From: Anthoceros angustus
Lineage: Eukaryota > Plantae > Anthocerotophyta
Reading direction: 5' to 3'
Assembly (NCBI GenBank): GCA_010909165.1
Contig: VJWM01000172.1
Location: forward strand, 1 to 64,000
Length of the DNA: 64,000 nucleotides
Shown here: positions 59,196 through 64,000 of the stretch, in pieces
Numbering within the stretch: the first letter of the stretch is position 1
Layout of the letters: each line of letters opens with the position of its first letter
The notes under the pieces: generated by a model
What the model was told of the DNA's origin: nothing
The model's input: only the letters and a program-made list of their open reading frames with translations
Databases searched by the model: none
Program-made: the position numbers and the translations under genes

Positions 59196-62100
59196 TCACC
59201 CTCCACACCCACCTCCTCCACACCCACCTCCTCCACACCCGCCTCCTCCACATCCACCACCACATCCCCCACCACCACAGCCACCGCCGCCAGCACCACA
59301 TCCTCCACCACAACCACCACCGCAAGCTCCACAACCTCCTCCACCGTACCATATTGGAGGAGTGAAAAACCACCACTGGTAGAATAGCAGATTACTGGCC
59401 ATAATATCTCCTCTGCTTGCATACGTATAGTTATCTCTGGGATCCCGGAACCCTCCATTGACTGTCACAGCTCCTGCAAACGTTGTGTCCACAGTTCAGA
59501 TCACAAGCTGGAAGCACAAGGTTGACGAATCGGACAACTCAGGCCAAGTCCAAGAGCTATACCCCACTGGTTGTCAATGGACTGCTTTCGGTGCTTTTTC
59601 CGACGTTGTGTTAGAAAACGCTCTGAATACATGTCAAACAGAGATGTCCCGATTGCTGTGGAAACCAGCAACACCAGCACCACATTCTCATCCGGCTGGA
59701 TCTGCACGACCAGTGCAGCTATCGCTTATGCACTAGATTTCGGTTGGGGCAATTCGGTACTTGGTCAGAAAAGAAACCCGCGGGCATTCTTACCTCCATA
59801 GTTCCAGACTTCCAGTTGAAGAGAGCAGTAGCCTTGCCATGAGGGTGTTCACCACTGTAACGAATAAGAGTCACAAAGCCTTCTTCGTCTGCTGATGGGG
59901 CACCCTCAATCTCATACTGCAGCTTTCTTCCTGGCAACAAGATGGCCTGAGACACGCAGCTCATCATTATTCCTGAATCTCATGGTTTCTCTGCCGCCAG
60001 ATTTGGCATCAGGTCTAGAGCGTAGTTGCAATGGAACGATGAATGGTCAGAGTTATACTGTGCTCCCATACCACACCAGGAACCAGCAGAGAAGAGAGCA
60101 GCTCACCGGGCTACCGACATTGCCCGTGAGTTCGAGTTTGGGAACAATGACATCAAATACACCGCTTTCAGGCATTGTTATTTCGAGGTGTGCTCTGTTC
60201 CCAGGTAAGTACCACCTTCTTCGGAACCGGCGGTTCTCCACTGGGGCGAAGTCGTGCTCGGCAGACCCAGCAATCTCATCTGCATCGCACAGAGAAACAG
60301 GTGAAGACCCACCACAGTTTTTGCTTGCTGCCTTTCTTGAGGCAACTACAAGATAACAAAGATTAGTCAGAGATGCAAGCTCACCTGGGGCTTTACTACA
60401 GTTCTTGTGACGCATCTCCGGCATTGTAGACTTGTACCATGCCCCCTTATGTACATGAATCACCTTTTGCCAATCGTCCACAGGGAGAGGCTTCTCTCTT
60501 GGCACTCTTGCGGCAGCCCCTGTTGCAGCCCTAAAGGAATTGTTGATCACACAGGATGGGTCTTGTGAAACATTCAGATAACAGAGCAAGCTTTTCAAAC
60601 ACACATACTGATAGCGGAAAACTTACAAGATTCGCACAGCGTACACCTCGACGTTAGAATGATCGACTACGGTTCTGGATATCCATCGACCCTTTTGAGG
60701 AATTCCTGATGATGGATGGCCGGAAATGACAGTAAGCCCATTATCATCCGTGGCATGCCTCAGAGCTTCCGTTCGAAGAAGGTATGGCCCTTTCGTAGGT
60801 GGTGTGACAGAGACTGAAAGACGCAGAGCAGCAGGTTTCGAGTCTCCTCTGCCTGGTCTAGGTGACAAAAGTGGAAAATACTTGTCAAGTGATAAGGTTG
60901 GAGAAGCCAGCAGCTCCTTCCACGAGATAGGCACTGCGCCAATTTGCTTGGAGGCCGTGAGCTTGCCGAGCATGCCGTCCTTCTTCTTGAGCAGCCCGAA
61001 AACCAGCCCATGTGTGGATGTTTCACACTCAATACTCCAAACATGCCTCCACTCAGGATCTTGGGAGTACGGCACTTTCGGAGTATCAAGCTTGAAGTCT
61101 TTGAACCTGTTGGACACCTTGAGGCGCACAAAGAGCTTGGACTTGAGGCTAGCTGGTACATTCCTGGCTCCCAGCACAGCTATATGGGCCTGCGCAAACA
61201 CACAGGCAGGCTCCCTCAATCCGACATCCAGAGCTGCCATCGACACCCGACACCCGACACGCGGATGCTTCCTGTAGAGAAAAGAAGCGTACCTCGAGCA
61301 CTTCCCGAGTGCCCAAGTGCGCCTGTAGATGACGGAATTCTGGAGCTCCTATAGAGTCTCCACTTTGCTGTGACAGAGCTGGCCCCGGAACAGGTGTTGG
61401 TGCCTCACCACGGTAGAATACTCCTGCGCGCAAGTACTCAAACCCGTATACCTGTCCCCACAGCTCACATGTTGCCGAGAACCCTACATTAAGCTTCTGC
61501 CCGGAGCTTCTGTCACTATCAGTGTCATCGTGGTTGAAGATTCCTCCCAGAAGCTCCGTCGTGTCAGCCTGATAAGCCACAGGACTCAGTTGATGCGCGT
61601 GCCAGAAGAGATCGATGTCGTAGGTGGGCACCAGAAACACCTCGCCTGCCTGGCTGGATTGTTTCACACGAGCCAGATACAGGAAGGCTTTGTACCGCAT
61701 CAAGGAGACTTCCAGAAACCTTGCGTCCGTCATGTAAGCACGAGACACCTGAAGCCCAAGATCGGGGCGTCCATGGCCAGACGAAGGTGCGTCAGAAATC
61801 ATAGACCTGCTTCAAAAGCAACAGCTGGGACGCGGGAGTGCAGCTTCGTGAGAGACCCACCTGGTAGAAGAAGGATCTCTGCCTGGCCACTGCCGCAGCC
61901 AAATCGTAGCTGCCATCACCGGTTTGCGGTTGCGGAGTTCCCGCAGGTTGTCCCACAGGCTGTCCCACGACCATCCCGCTGCTGTTTGCGAAAACACTAA
62001 GGTCAAGGACGTATGGCTCATCCGCATACCGCTGTCTCCACAGCTCCGCCGTCCTCTGCCTCGCCAGCTCCTGCCTTGCCCCGGCCAGCAGAGGAGCATC

Positions 62101-62586
62101 GATGATCTTCCCGTACAGTGCCTTGCAGTCCTTTGCATACTGGACCTGCGTCAGCAGACAGTGCTGAGCAACTGGCACAAATGCTCAAGACAACAAATCC
62201 ATGGACAAAAGTCGCAAGGCTGCGTCACTTACGGGGCTAAGGCGATGGCAATGCCAGATCCAGGCACAGTCTAAAGGAGGAACGAGATGCTGCCCATCTG
62301 CCTCAGCTGCCAGAGGTAGCCAGCAGGACTTATACCTGAATCACAGCACAAGTTAGAGTCTCCATTCTCCATAAAGACAGTTCCATGTGACCCAGAAAAT
62401 GCACACAACACTGCACTACCTCTTGATGGCTCGTGTGATGGCTTCGTCGTCCCAATACAGACATGGATTTCGTTCCACCTGAGAAAGGAAATCTAACAAG
62501 ATGTTGGCAGCTTCAATCAAATTCACGCTAATTTTTATTGTTTGAGCAGACCCCCATTCGGCCTCTGGACTCCTCGAGCTCGCCAT
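59196..62586 (-). CDS. GRDP1: Glycine-rich domain-containing protein (GRDP1/2-like, DUF1399), multi-exon
   Basis: MASSRSPEAEWGSAQTIKISVNL.., LVPPLDCAWIWHCHRLSP|VQYAKDC, LAAAVARQRSFFYQ|, RYKAFL..LVPTYDIDLFWHAHQL..NHDDTDSDR, PGRKLQYE..HPHGKATAL, terminal GGCGGGCG tail; canonical splice sites. Confidence 0.92.
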
Positions 62587-64000
62587 TCGGTCGGCTCTGG
62601 CTCAAATGAGAACTCTACTGGATCCTACTCAACCGGTGCCCCTCGGTGACCGTTGTGTGAGTTGTGCAACCTCAGGGCCCTGCACAAACCACCCTTCCCC
62701 TGCAAGCAGAGCCAAGCTTGGCTCCTTCAAATAGATTGGGACAGGATAGTTACTACCTCTGGGAACTGTACACACGGACATCTTTGAGCAGAAGGCTGAG
62801 CCCTTCGCCTCTGCTTCAAGCTGAAGTCTTTTTCTCTTTCCGGGAACCTTCAAGGTTGGCCGGATGGCACCTCTTCTGCGAATATCTCCTATCCTGTATG
62901 CTTTCCGATCGCGTGCAGCGTTCTGCTAACTAACGGATTTCAAGTTCAATCACGTTCATGTTTCAAGAGCATTTCAAGAACAACTTCTTTCAAGAGCATT
63001 TGAAGTATACGAGAACCGAACGGGATATGAAGGAGCCAAAGGTAATGTTTATTTGGACTTGGTAAAATATATTTTTCACAGATTACTATCAGAAGAAGAA
63101 GTCTATTAGGCATAGACTTGGTCTCTTTTGGACGGATTTCTGTAGATTTTTTTGTTTCGGAAATGTGGAAAATACATTCAGCTGATCAAAATCGTGAATT
63201 TTCCTTTTCATGGGATTGGGTGCATAAAAACTTGTATCATGGTGTGTGCTGAACCCGAGAATGACGATCGTCTCAAATTGGGACTTTGAGGTATGTTCTC
63301 GGGCTCTTACGAAAAAACATGGCGCTGATAAATCTATGGAATACCGATCTGGTCACTCGGATTCATGAGTGTGACTTTGTATGTATGCTGCAGAAATATG
63401 CCACGGCATCTTTCAGATACTTGCATACAATACACGTATAATACCTGCCACATCAGCTTCGGTAGGTTCGTACGCGGGGCAAAAACTTTCAATGACACAA
63501 TGTTAGCCTGGTGTTCCGATTGTGTCATGCACATGTTTTCTTGTTTAGGGTTCTAGGGTTCCAATCACCACACATACATGTTAAACAAGCAGCCAAGACA
63601 TTGTACAGGGAGTGCAGGAGCAGGGGGGAGGCATTGCCTGAGTACCTGCAGCAATGGAAGCAGGCTGAAGCCACGCCGTGGGCATGGACAGGGATCAACC
63701 TGTTGCGTTATGTGGTCCAGTAGGCCCTTTGAACTTTACACTTGTGTACTGCAGGCTTTTTTGGGTGCAAGCCTTGTATGTGTGCGATTGTTTTCATGAA
63801 AGCCCTTCTTGTGTTGGTCCTTGTGATACAAACTTGTTTCAGAGTACTTAGTGCCATGTGAAACTGCACCTCCATAGGGAGCAGGAAACCTTGCAGCCCT
63901 TTATGCAGCAGTGCCAAACACTGCAGCCCTACACGCAAGGGCAAACGCACTCAGCCGCACCGCAAACACAAACGATGAGTGCAGCGCAAACGCAAATGTA

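Noticed and set aside
59072-59458. Thr/Ser-rich, His-rich and Val/Glu-rich ORFs
   Set aside because: Alternative-frame and antisense shadows of the GRDP Gly-Cys repeat
60346-60384. 39-nt GT-AG candidate micro-intron in the GRDP gene
   Set aside because: In frame without stops and shorter than other introns here; cannot be distinguished from exon without RNA data
62629-63950. Small ORFs upstream of GRDP and near the window end
   Set aside because: No motifs or consistent exon structure

Overview
Eukaryotic nuclear DNA from a non-seed land plant, most plausibly a hornwort (inferred from TTTAGGG repeats, short GT-AG introns and a PLS-PPR gene ending in a DYW:KP/GRP deaminase domain). 1-30 kb is a nested transposon block. 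Copia A (1849-27518, TSD ATTCC, minus strand) sits inside a repeat whose empty site survives at about 43.3 kb. It hosts (i) a 4.85-kb TIR-less insert carrying a captured gamma-glutamyl peptidase gene and (ii) a younger Copia C (12139-26720, TSD AGGCC, LTRs 258/259 identical). Copia C has an unusual 8.8-kb region between pol and the 3' LTR. That region holds an antisense, frameshifted gene ending in a beta-class N4/N6 DNA methyltransferase, a divergent DNA-transposase-like relic, a tandem array and a 24-bp perfect inverted pair. This is the main candidate for an undescribed system. 30-64 kb mixes genes and pseudogenes: a secreted Vps62-like protein, an orphan 3-exon gene family in several copies, an interstitial telomere tract fused to an RLE-type LINE end, a PABP retrocopy, an AT-rich kinase relic, a foldback element, a stomatin-like pseudogene, a PPR-DYW:KP gene fused to an OSB-type PDF ssDNA-binding motif (second key candidate) and a GRDP1-like gene. 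All domain calls are by-eye motif recognition; no database search was run. Many frameshifts could be assembly indels.
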